DNA from: an uncultured Planctomycetota bacterium
Lineage (GTDB): Bacteria; Planctomycetota; Planctomycetia; Isosphaerales; Isosphaeraceae
NCBI GenBank assembly: GCA_963845755.1
Contig: CAWJTV010000045.1
Coordinates: forward strand, 1 to 64,000
Length of the DNA stretch: 64,000 nt
Reading direction: 5' to 3'
Part shown: one piece after another, positions 10,530 to 20,973 of the stretch
Numbering within the stretch: position 1 is the stretch's first letter
How the letters are laid out: each line of letters starts with the position of its first letter
Notes under the pieces: model-generated
The model's database searches: none
The model's input: the letters and a program-made list of their open reading frames with translations, nothing else
Told to the model about the DNA's origin: nothing
Made by a program: the position numbers and the translations under genes

Positions 10530-10874
10530 TCACGTGGTGGCCGGCTTCTCCGGAGTGGACGCGCCCGCCGGTGAGGCCGGGGCCGTCACCGGCGCCTCGG
10601 GGACCTGCCAGGGCTCGCCGGGTGCCGGTTTCTTCACGTTCTGCTTGTTGAGGAGGACCTGGACCTTGTGGGAAGGCTGGGCCCCGACCGACAGCCAGTA
10701 GCGAATCCGGCTCACTTCCAGGACGGTTTGCGTCTCGGGATTCCGGGACATCGGATCATAGTGACCGAGCTCCTCGATCGAACGCCCGTCGCGCGGCTTT
10801 CGCGAGTCCATGGCGCAGATGCGGAAAAAGGGGCGATGGCGACGTCCCATCGCTTTCATACGAAGTCGAACCAC
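10530..10874 (-). CDS. rpsP: 30S ribosomal protein S16 (GTG start inferred)
   Basis: VRLRMKAMGRRHRPFFRICAMDSRKPRDGRSIEELGHYDP...YWLSVGAQPS. Confidence 0.96.
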   Translation of the reverse strand: MVRLRMKAMGRRHRPFFRICAMDSRKPRDGRSIEELGHYDPMSRNPETQTVLEVSRIRYWLSVGAQPSHKVQVLLNKQNVKKPAPGEPWQVPEAPVTAPASPAGASTPEKPATT

Positions 10875-11022
10875 GCACGTGCTCCTCTCGAACAGAATCC
10901 CGTAGGCAATAGGTCGTAGGCAGTACACAGTCAAGTCGAGGTCTTTGTCAGCACCTATCAAGCAAAGGTCGGCAGCTCAGGTCGCTTGGGGGCTTTCCCG
11001 GGGTTCGCTGCCTACGGCGGCG

Positions 11023-12504
11023 TCACTCGGGTCGATTCCGCTCCTCGCGACGTCGCTTGCGTTCGTCCTTCTCGCGTTGTTTTTGCAACTTGGCGCGCTC
11101 TTTGGGGGAAAGCCGCTTGCCGGTCCCGACCTTCGGCGCCGAGATCCGAGCCATCGGGTTCATGGCGGCCGCCTGGCCCAGTCCGGTCAAGGCCCGGATC
11201 CTGTCGAACATGGTCATCTGGGCCATCTGCTTGACGAACGCGGCCATGGCGTCAAACTGCTTGACCAGTCCCGAGACATCGGCCGGATCGACGCCACTGC
11301 CCGCGGCGATCCGCCGGCGTCGCGAAATGTCGATCAACGCGGGATCGCTCCGCTCCGCAGATGTCATGCTGTCGATCATCCCCTGGATTCGTTTGATCTC
11401 CTCGTCGGCGTCGAGGCCTTCCAGTTCCTCGGGCATCTGGCTGAGGCCGGGGATCTTGCTCATCAGCTCGTGCACCGAGCCCATCTTCTTCATGTTGACG
11501 ATCTGCTGGCGGAAGTCCTCGAGATCGAACTTCCCCTTGGCAAGCTTCTCCTGCTGGCGCTGGGCTTCCTCGGCGTCAACGGCGGCCTGGGCCCGTTCGA
11601 CCAGGCCGACGATGTCGCCCATGCCCAGGATTTCTCCGACCAGGCGTTCGGAGTCGAATGGCTCGAGCCGGTCGAGTTTCTCGCCCTTGCCGACGAACTT
11701 GATGGGCACGCCGGTGACCCGTCGGACCGAGAGAGCGGCCCCGCCGCGTGCGTCACCGTCGAGTTTGGTCAAGATGACCGCGTCGAGTTCCAGCGCCTTG
11801 TTGAAGGCTTCGGCCGAGGCCACGGCATCCTGGCCGGTCATCGCGTCGCAGACGAAGAACACCTGATGGGGCTTGACCTTCCTTTCGATCTGGGACAGCT
11901 CGGCCATCAATTGCTCGTCCACGTGCAGCCGGCCGGCTGTGTCGAGGATCAGGGTGTCGCAACCGGTACGATTCGCCTCGATCAGGGCTTGCTGGCAGAC
12001 GGCGATCGGATCCGAGCCGGACTGGCTGAATACCGGGACGTTCACCTGGCTACCGATGACCTTGAGCTGCTCGACGGCCGCGGGACGTTGGAGGTCGGCG
12101 GCCACCAGCATCGGCTTCCGATTCTGTGCGGCCAGGAGCCTGGCGAGCTTGCCGCACGTCGTGGTCTTGCCCGAGCCCTGGAGACCACACAACATGAAGA
12201 CCGTCGGTCCGGTCTTCTCGAACCGCAGCGACGGGTTGACCGGACCCATCAACTCGATCAGCTCGTCCTGCACGATCTTGACGATCTGTTGCTCGGGGCG
12301 GACCTTCTTGATCACCTCGGTCCCGACGGCCTTCTCCGTGATCCGCGCCATGACCTCCTGGACGACGTTGTAGTTGACGTCGGCCTCCAGGAGTGCCGTG
12401 CGGACTTCGCGCAGCCCCTCCCGCATATTCGCTTCGGTCAGTACACCGCTGACTCGGAAACGACGGAACGCGGAATTCAGCCGTTTTTGAAGGTCGTCGA
12501 ACAT
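11023..12504 (-). CDS. ffh: Signal recognition particle protein
   Basis: ALLEADV, GLQGSGKTTT, DTAGR, TKLDGDARGG, M-domain IDSMT..ER, RRRRIAAGSG. Confidence 0.98.
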   Translation of the reverse strand: MFDDLQKRLNSAFRRFRVSGVLTEANMREGLREVRTALLEADVNYNVVQEVMARITEKAVGTEVIKKVRPEQQIVKIVQDELIELMGPVNPSLRFEKTGPTVFMLCGLQGSGKTTTCGKLARLLAAQNRKPMLVAADLQRPAAVEQLKVIGSQVNVPVFSQSGSDPIAVCQQALIEANRTGCDTLILDTAGRLHVDEQLMAELSQIERKVKPHQVFFVCDAMTGQDAVASAEAFNKALELDAVILTKLDGDARGGAALSVRRVTGVPIKFVGKGEKLDRLEPFDSERLVGEILGMGDIVGLVERAQAAVDAEEAQRQQEKLAKGKFDLEDFRQQIVNMKKMGSVHELMSKIPGLSQMPEELEGLDADEEIKRIQGMIDSMTSAERSDPALIDISRRRRIAAGSGVDPADVSGLVKQFDAMAAFVKQMAQMTMFDRIRALTGLGQAAAMNPMARISAPKVGTGKRLSPKERAKLQKQREKDERKRRREERNRPE

Positions 12505-12580
12505 GACGGATTAATACCCAGCAACCTTGAGGGACGAACCACTGATTATAATGCGAGGCGCGGCGAGGAGCAACGCGCTC

Positions 12581-14072
12581 TCAGGCGAGGGTCTCGCTCC
12601 GGAGCGAGCGGAGCCATCCGACCAGGGGTTTCGCGGCCTGGTCGGCGCCAATGAGGCCGCCATGGGGGTAAACTTGGGGGAGCGCATCGCTCGACTGGAG
12701 CCAGCTCACGGTGCGGACGAACGGCTTGGCGACGGCCAGTGAGATCCACTTTTTTCCCAATGCGGCCTGGGAGGCCGGGTCCGGCGCAGAGGGCCATTGA
12801 GCGGACTCGACGCGGATCCCAGGCTCGGCGTTGGGGTCGGGCCCGTCGCCCGACGGGAGCACCATCCAGAGGTACAGGGGGACGTTCAGGAGCGAGTAAA
12901 GGTCTAGTAGTTTCGACAGCTCGAAGAGGTCGCGTAAGTGGCTCCCGGGCTGCGAATAGCCGGGCGCGATCTCGATCGCGACTCCGGAGATCCCCAGCTC
13001 CGCGCGGAGCAGATAGTCGCACAGATGGAGCGGCCCCAACTGGAAGTGGCTGGAGCCCATCCATTCGGCCCAGGGGCGATCGACACCGATGGTGAATTGC
13101 GCCGAGGGATCGGACTGACGAGCGACTTGGATGACGCGAGCGGCGATCCGCACTTGTTCGTCTTCGGTCAAGCCGAGGATCTCCCCGCTGGCCGCCCGGT
13201 GCACGACGTGCCAGAGTGGGACTTTCCCCCGGTAACGCGAGACGATCTGCCGGACGAAATCGGCGGTCAGCCCGCTAATGGTCTCGAAATCCCCTTCCCA
13301 GAGCCAGAGCCAGTCCGGCAAGGCCCCCTGGCGGAACTCGATGAGCGGACCGGCCTCGATGGCCAGCTTGTTCCGCCGACACCAGGCCGCCTGGGCATCG
13401 AAGAGATCCCAGCGATATTGCCCCTCCGTCGGCGCCATCTGCCGCCATGATACGCCCAACTGGCAGGCATTAAACATGCGCGGCCATTCGAGAGTGGTCG
13501 GCACGTTGTGGGGGTCGTAGGTCAACACGCAGCCTAGATGAGTCGGGAGCCTGGAAGTGCCCAGTAGCCGGCTCTGGAGCACCTGACTCGTGTAGGCTTC
13601 CATGAGCAATTCGCCCGCGAGTGCGGCGGAACGGAGCGAGGATTGGGCGGCGGCAAAGCTCCTCTCCGGATTCCCGGTGGACGTGGCCGCTCGGATGAAC
13701 TCGTGCTGCGCGGCTTCGAGCCGCCCGGGTCAGTTCGGGCGTTGACCGAAGGCCCATCTGGGTCCAGTCCGCGAGTTGGTTGCGTACGTCGTTCAGCTTG
13801 CCGCGAGCCAGCTCCACGGCCAGCGCGTAGGGAGTCGGACGTTCCGCCAGCGTCGCCGTCCCGACGATGGGCGTGCCGTAGCCGTCGATCGGCCAGGGGA
13901 CGAACAGGCGGCCGCTCTCCGTGGTCTCGCGGAGACAGGTCATCAGACCGTTGCGGAGCTCCACGCCGACCCGCGCCGGGGTTCGATCCAGGCCGGTGAT
14001 GTACGCCTTGCGGTAATCTGGCGGCTTCCGTACCAGATCCTCGGACGGCAGGCGAAACTTCATGACCCCCAT
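12581..14072 (-). CDS. Conserved planctomycete protein with GH10-like TIM-barrel domain (frameshift ~13640-13740)
   Basis: ESGRLFVPWP...LAERPTPY.LAVELARGKL N-domain; WRQMAPTEGQYRWD..D, LPDWL, VSRYRGKVPLWHV GH10-like motifs. Confidence 0.6.
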
Positions 14073-14624
14073 GGTACGCTTTCCGCCAAACGGGTTGAGA
14101 CCGCTCCAGGAGCGTGACGCGGCCTTCGGCCGCATCCAGAGAGCAATTCAATATTCCCGATTCCAGATTAAAAAAGAAATCGACTCGATCGGGAATTGAG
14201 GATCCGGAATTCTGAATATTGCGTCGAGCATTCCCCGGATGCACGCACGGCGAGAGTTCTATCGAGAGAGACAACACCGAAACGACCGCGAGTGATCGAC
14301 GCTTCGACGAATTTCGTCGATGGCCCGAGATCGTCAGGATGTCCGCTCGACTGTCCGATCGCCGTTTCGGTGGGTCCGCGGACGCGATCCTCATCAGGCA
14401 GAGCGCGTCTCGGCTCCCGTTGACAACACACGTCTCGATCGATCCGCGGCGGCACGGGGTGCTCGATGTCGGAAGGTCGAGGTTGCCGAATCGGCCTGAT
14501 GAGAATAAGTTGGGCAACAACTCTACGCAAGCCGAAGGCGGGTGTCTGTCTTCGAGAATCGCTGTACGATCGGCCCCACCAGTCCTACCTTGTCGATGAT
14601 ACCTTTGAAGAGGTCGAGCTGACC

Positions 14625-15610
14625 ATGCCAAGCGTTCTGATCGGTCCCTACTTGCTCCGCAACGCACCCGGCCGGTTCCGCGACATCTTGACCGAAGCCG
14701 GTTTCGAGACGATCGATCCCGACGGGGGATTTGCTCTATCTCGTGACGAGATCATGCCTTACTTACCGAGGATCGACGCCATGATCGCGGGCGGGGAGCG
14801 CATGACCAGCGAGCTGTTCGAGCAGGCGCTCCGGCTGCGAGTCATTGCGCGAGCCGGCGTGGGCTACGATCTCATCGATCTGTCGGCCGCCACGTCCCAT
14901 CGTGTTGCGGTGACGATCACACCGGGAACCAACCAGGAAAGTGTCGCCGAACAGACGCTCGCACTGATCCTGGCACTGGCCCGTCGGATCGTCGTCAATG
15001 ACCGGATCATTCACGCAGGCGGATGGGATCGACAACTCGTGAACCCGGTCCGAGGGAAGACACTGGGCTTGATCGGTATGGGACGCATCGGACGTGCGGT
15101 GGCCGTCCGCGCCCAGGCCTTTCGCATGCGACTCGTCGCGTTCGACACCGTCTTCGACGCAGAATTTGACCATCGCCACGGCATCGAGCGGCTGTCGCTC
15201 GACGAGCTTGTGGCCTGCTCGGACATGGTCAGCCTTCACGTCCCACTGACGGATGCTACGCGCGGCATGGTCGAATCGGGACTTCCTGGCCAAGATGCGT
15301 CCCGGTTCGTCCTTGATAAACACGTCCCGTGGCGGACTGATCGTGGAGTCCGACTTGCGAGACGCTCTCGTCTCGGGCCATCTCGCCGGAGCCGGGCTGG
15401 ACGTCCTCAATCACGAGCCACCCGAACCGGGCAACCCGCTCCTGGGTCTCCCCAACGTCATTCTGTGCCCACACATTGCCGGCACCGACATCGAATCGAT
15501 GCGCGAGATGGCCGAGCTGGCCTGCGCGCACGATCGTCGAGCTTTCCCGCAACCAATGGCCGGCGGACTGCATCGTCAATCCGGAACTTCGTGAGAGCTG
15601 GGCTTGGTGA
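14625..15610 (+). CDS. D-isomer-specific 2-hydroxyacid (phosphoglycerate-like) dehydrogenase (frameshifts near 15270 and 15530)
   Basis: RAGVGYD, GKTLGLIGMGRIG, SLHVPLT, LINTSRG, GAGLDV..EP, PHIAG across frames. Confidence 0.9.
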
Positions 15611-15792
15611 GCGGCTGGTCCGAAATCCATCGGATGACCGGAAATGTCGCGTCGAGCCGGATTCGGTGAGACCACTTCCCGACGGCGAGCCTTGCCGACG
15701 ATCGGCGTTTCCTCGTCCCCACACGGTTTGTGGGCACGAGGAAATCGCAGATCTTGATACCCGGTTTCAACATCCACTCGAGGGACGTGCGT

Positions 15793-16140
15793 TCAGACCT
15801 GGAATGAACTGCCGCAGCCGCAGGACTTCACCACGTTGGGGTTATTGAAAACGAAGCCACGCTTCTCCAGGCCGTCATAGTAGTTGACCACGGTCCCGTC
15901 GAGATAGGGATCGAACTTCTTGTCGACGGCAAGTCGGACGCCGTAAATATCCACGACGCGGTCGCGCTCGGACGTGGTGGTGTCGAAGCCCAGGCTGTAG
16001 GAGAATCCGCTGCAACCGCCGCCTTGCACTCCGACACGGAGGACGAGGTCGCCGCCCTCGGGGACTCCCTGGTCCTCGACCATCTTGTCCATGATCTTCC
16101 TGACTTCGTTAGCTGCTTTCTCGGTGAGGGTCACACCCAT
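15793..16140 (-). CDS. iscA: HesB/IscA family Fe-S cluster assembly protein
   Basis: [27 protein letters not shown]. Confidence 0.93.
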   Translation of the reverse strand: MGVTLTEKAANEVRKIMDKMVEDQGVPEGGDLVLRVGVQGGGCSGFSYSLGFDTTTSERDRVVDIYGVRLAVDKKFDPYLDGTVVNYYDGLEKRGFVFNNPNVVKSCGCGSSFQV

Positions 16141-16225
16141 CGAACGATCTCCTCTGCGAGTGGAATTCTCGGGTTCTCGGCACACTGTGGCCTTACTCAA
16201 TCATACCATCGCGTCAAATCTTTCG

Positions 16226-17405
16226 TCACCCCTGTGCCCAGGCGACACCATGGCTCCGAAGCCGTTCGACGGCGGTCGTCACGGCGTCTATGGCAAAATC
16301 AACCTCTTCGAGAGTCGTGAACCGACCGAGCCCGAACCGGAGGCTCGATCGGGCCATGTCCTCTCCCGAACCCATCGCCAACAGGACGTGGCTTGGCTCG
16401 GGGTCGGCCGCGGAGCACGCGGAACCGGAGCTGACGGCCACGTCGCGCATGGCCATCATAAGGGCCTCGCCATCGACGTCCGGGAAGCTCACGTTCAAGT
16501 TGCCCGGCAGACGAATCTCGGGATGGCCATTGAGACGGAGTCCTGGCACGCGGGTCCTCAGACCTTCGAACAGGCGGTCGCGCAGCTCGCGGAGGCGTTG
16601 CGATTCCTCCTCGAGATGACAAATCGCGATCTCCACGGCCAGCCCGAGCCCAATGATGAGCGGGACGGGAAGCGTCCCACTACGAAATCCGCGCTCGTGG
16701 CCGCCACCGTCGAAGAGCGGTTGGAGCCGTACCTGGGGATCCCGGCGACGGACGTAGAGCGCGCCGATCCCCTTGGGGCCGTGAATCTTATGTCCTGAGA
16801 GACTGAGGAGGCCGATGTCGTCGTGATGGACGTTCGACCGGGATCTTGCCCACGGCCTGAGCGGCATCCGTGTGCAGGATAATCCCCCGATCGCGGCAAA
16901 GCCGCCCGATCTCGCCGATCGGGTTGATGGTCCCGACCTCATTGTTCGCCGCCATGACGGAGACCAGGACTGTCCGATCGGTGAGCGTTTCGGCCACCGC
17001 CGCGGCCGAGACGCCGCCGTGTTCGTCGCAGTCCACAATGGTTACGTCCCACCCCTCCCGGGCCATCCGCTTCATGGGATCGAGCACCGCTTTATGTTCG
17101 GAGGATACGGTGACCAGATGATTGCCTCGACGTGTCGCTGCGTGCGCAAGACCTTTGATAGCCAGGTTATTCGATTCGGTAGCCCCCGAGGTGAAGATGA
17201 TCTCTCTCGACTCGGCACCGATCGCCCGAGCCACCTGTTCCCGGGCGTGCTCGACGGCCTCCTCAGCCTCCCATCCGAAACGATGGGACACGCTGGCCGC
17301 ATTCCCGTAGTGCTCTGTGAAGAACGGGAGCATCGCGTCCACAACCCGCGGATCGGTGCGGGTGGTTGCATGATTGTCGAGATAGACTGGAAAACGTAGG
17401 TCCAT
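16226..17405 (-). CDS. iscS: Cysteine desulfurase (frameshift near 16830)
   Basis: YLDNHATT, FTSGATESNN, ANNEVG, HTDAAQ, SGHKIHGPKG, RSGT, SSGSAC. Confidence 0.93.
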
Positions 17406-17538
17406 CGGTCTCCGCCACGTGATCGGGAGGGTTCGAGTGCTGCATCACTCCCACATCCGCCCCGGAAGGCTCGGCCATACCGATCGATCGTAGGCCCCGC
17501 GCCGCCGCGATTCAACCCCGAGTCCCAGATCGGCACGT

Positions 17539-19127
17539 TCAGATCCGCGGACCGGCCTGTCGCACCTCGTCCGGCACCGCGTCGGCATACCGCGTGAAGT
17601 TCTCCCGGAACTGCTCCGCCAGCGTGCGAGCCGTCCGATCGTATTCGGCGGGGTCGGACCACGTCTGCCTGGCGTTCAGCATGCTCGACGGCACATCGGG
17701 ACACGACGTCGGAATGCGCAGGCCGAAGAGGGGATCCTCGTGAGTGGGAATCCCGGCCAGAGCCCCACTGTGAATGGCATCGATAATTGCCCGGGTCTGG
17801 CTCAACTTGATCCGCGAGCCCACGCCTGGGGGTCCGCCGGTCCATCCTGTATTGACCAGCCAGGCCCGCGCCTGGTGCCGTTCCATCCGATCGGCCAGCA
17901 TCTCGGCATAGCGCGCGGGTGAAGAACCAGAAAGGCCGCGCCGAAGCATGCCGAGAACGTGACCTGCGGCTCCATGATGCCGACCTCGGTCCCCGCCACC
18001 TTGGCGGTATAGCCGCTCAAGAAATGGTAAATCGTCTGGGCCGCCGTCAATCCGCTGACCGGGGGCAGGACCCCGAAAGCATCGCAGGTCAGGAAGATGA
18101 TGTTTCGAGGATGTCTCCCGATGCAGGGGACGACCGCATCATCGATGTGCTCGATCGGGTAGCATGCACGGGTGTTCTCGGTGATCGACCGGTCATTGTA
18201 GTCCGCGAAACGGGTTTCGGCGTCATAGAGGACATTCTCCAATACCGCACCGAACCGGATGGCGCGAAAGATCTGGGGCTCATGCAACTCGTTGAGCCCC
18301 ACACACTTGGCGTAGCATCCTCCCTCGATGTTGAAGACCCCACAATCGCTCCATCCGTGTTCGTCGTCGCCGATGAGTCGCCGGCGCGGGTCGGAGGAAA
18401 GGGTTGTCTTCCCGGTCCCCGAGAGACCGAAGAACAGGCTGACGTCGCCTTTCGGCCCCTCGTTGGCGCTACAGTGCATCGAGAGGACGCCCTTTCGGGG
18501 CATCTCGTAGTTCATCGCCGTGAAGACACCCTTCTTCATCTCACCGGCGTAGTTGGTCCCGAGGATGACCATCTCTCGTCGTTCCAGGTGGAGCATGACG
18601 CTCGTGGCCGACCTCACGTCGGGAAGCCGGGCGTCGGCGGCCTGGTCGCCCGCATTGATGATGACCAGATCCGGCTCGCCGAACGCGTCGAGTTCATCCG
18701 GACTCGGACGGATCAACAGATTGTGCATGAAGAGGGCGTGGTAAGCCCGGGAGCAGATAACGCGGACCTTGATGCGGTACTCGGGGTCCCATCCGGCATA
18801 ACCGTCAACGAGGTAGGCCGTGGGTTGTGCACCCAGGAACTCGAGGGCCCGGCGCCGGCAGGCCAGGAAGCTCTCTGCCGTGGCCGAGATATTGACCGAT
18901 CCCCACCAGACATCCTCGGTGCTCGCGGGGCTATCGATGATCCGCTTGTCCTTGGGGCTTCGGCCAGTCTTCTCGCCCGAGAAGGTCGCCAGGGCACCAC
19001 TCGACAGGATCGCGGCCCCTTCATGCGCGATCGCGTGCTCGTAGAGTTGCGCCGCCGGCGCGTTCCGGATCACCTGGGCGTCGCCGATGACGACCTCTTC
19101 CAAGCGTGGTTCCAGGCCGATGGCCAT
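17539..19127 (-). CDS. pckA: Phosphoenolpyruvate carboxykinase (ATP) (frameshift near 17915)
   Basis: TGRSPKDK, YAGEMKKG, HCSAN, FFGLSGTGKTTLS, LIGDDEHGW, FNIEGGCYAK, TENTR, LVNTGW. Confidence 0.97.
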
Positions 19128-20360
19128 CGGGACCTCCGTGGGCTGTGGACTCAGGGCGGGACGACCGTCGGGAACCCGCCAGTCTTTCCCGGATGACGAG
19201 CCGCGATCGTTGAAGGCAAGGACACCCGGACTCGTCGGGCCGCAAGACACCATGTCTTCCCGGCGTCGCGCGGTCCCTCCCTGAATCCTAGGACCTCAGG
19301 ACGAGGAACAGCTTCGAAATCGATTTGCTTCCGACCGGCACGGCGGAGTTGGGCTCCCGCCCATGATCGCTCCGGCACTCCTCGTCGGTCAGCCTCTCCA
19401 TTCCTGACATGATAGCCGGTCCCGGACCTCGGCGCGAACTCGGATCGGCCCCAAATCGGCCGAGCGAGCCGGAAGCGCCGGAGGAGAGCGAGTACGGTTT
19501 CATCACGCAGCACCCCGCAGGCTGGCATGCCATGGAGACGCGCCGAGCCGCTGGTCAGGTGGGATCGTGCGGCGGCCCACCATCACGTGCAAGCCTGGGC
19601 GTCACGCGATGACTCCCCAGAACATGGGATTGACAGGAGCCCCGCCGAGTGTCTTCAATCAAATGGGAAGCACGCGTCCGGAAATCAAGACTGTGCGAAA
19701 CCGAGCCCGAGCGGTGGTTGTGGCTTTGTGAGCGCGGGAGATTGTCGTGCGCACCCGCTATCCGAGTCCTAACTCCCCGACACTGCAGACCGGTCCGACT
19801 CGCGCCAGAAACGCAACATCAGTCATCCCCGGGGACGCTCGCGAACCTCCATCCGACCGATTCCGCAGCGAATCCAGGTCAGGGTCAAGTTCGCGGCCCG
19901 TACACCGCGCCGGCATGACAGGCTCGATCACTCCGCACCCTTCGACCGGGTGCATCCGTCAACACCGCCCTCCGCGCCCCTGACCCGCCATTCGTACCAG
20001 CCCCAGTTGCCCCTGCGCCGTTCGCCCATCCGCGAACCGAGACAGCGCTCATCCGCAAGCCCGGATTCCCGACGATCCGTGCCGGTCAGCCCGTCGCATC
20101 GCTTCGCGGATGAATCTTCAAAATTTCATTTGTTCAATCCAATAATATGTATTACCCGGGGCTCACTCGTACGACGACGTCACTCGCTCGGCGATCCCTC
20201 CGATAGACAGCGGCATGATGATGAATCGTGCCCGGCGGCCGTTGCAAAACGATCCAGGATCACAGAACCAAGATTCCAAGGCGCTATAAATCATATCCAG
20301 ATAAAATAGTATGTTTATTCAAGAGGCTCGAAAATGTTTTATGCACTGACGCCACCTCAG

Positions 20361-20681
20361 ATGAAAGCCGAGAGGCTCCGTCTCTACCCCACGCTCGCCG
20401 CCGCGGTCGCCCGGGGCGGCGAGGACTCTCCGATTTACGCGGTCGCCGTCGAGTTCGACAGATGTGGCCGGCTCGTCGTGCCTCGATGGGTGATTCCCCA
20501 GGCCGTAGATGCCGGCTGGACGACGCCCGCCGTGTTGCATGGTGACGGCTCGCTCACGGCCCAGGGGACGATCCCCGGGGAGTTCTTCGTCGGCCGGGTC
20601 AACACTCCGATTCGGTCCTACGAGCGAGAGGACATACGGATACGCTGGCGTTGGCGTGGATGCCCCCACGAGAGTCAATGA
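20361..20681 (+). CDS. Hypothetical protein
   Basis: ~106-aa ORF with plausible composition downstream of an AT-rich promoter-like tract; no family recognised. Confidence 0.4.
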   Translation: MKAERLRLYPTLAAAVARGGEDSPIYAVAVEFDRCGRLVVPRWVIPQAVDAGWTTPAVLHGDGSLTAQGTIPGEFFVGRVNTPIRSYEREDIRIRWRWRGCPHESQ

Positions 20682-20973
20682 TGGGTGGAATGTTCCTGCC
20701 TTACCGAGGATGAGACAAGAGTGGCCGGATTCCTCGTCCCGACGTTCACGGTCCGTGCGGAAGCTCTGGTGGTTCGGGCGGTGCTCGAGTCGGACTCGAG
20801 AGGGAAAGGAGACTCGATCGGAGCCATGCGATCGGGGAGGACGATTAGGCGCGCGTGGCGTGGCATCGCACGAATCAGTTCGTGCGATGCCAACGCCTCG
20901 ATTCCCTCGTTCACCACCCGCGTGAGGTGAACAGCCACCACGAGCGTGAGGGGCGTCCTGAGGAAGGATCGGA

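Noticed and set aside
10945..12654. 569-aa plus-strand ORF
   Set aside because: Antisense shadow of ffh, as expected in high-GC DNA.
14450..14520. TPP riboswitch (GGGGTGC...TGAGA)
   Set aside because: Lacks the CTGAGA, ACCTGA and AGCGTAGG core arrangement, and the downstream gene is not thiamine-related.
19838..19900. SRP RNA (CGCGAACC...GGTCAGG)
   Set aside because: No CCGGAAGGAAGCAGC helix-8 motif follows.
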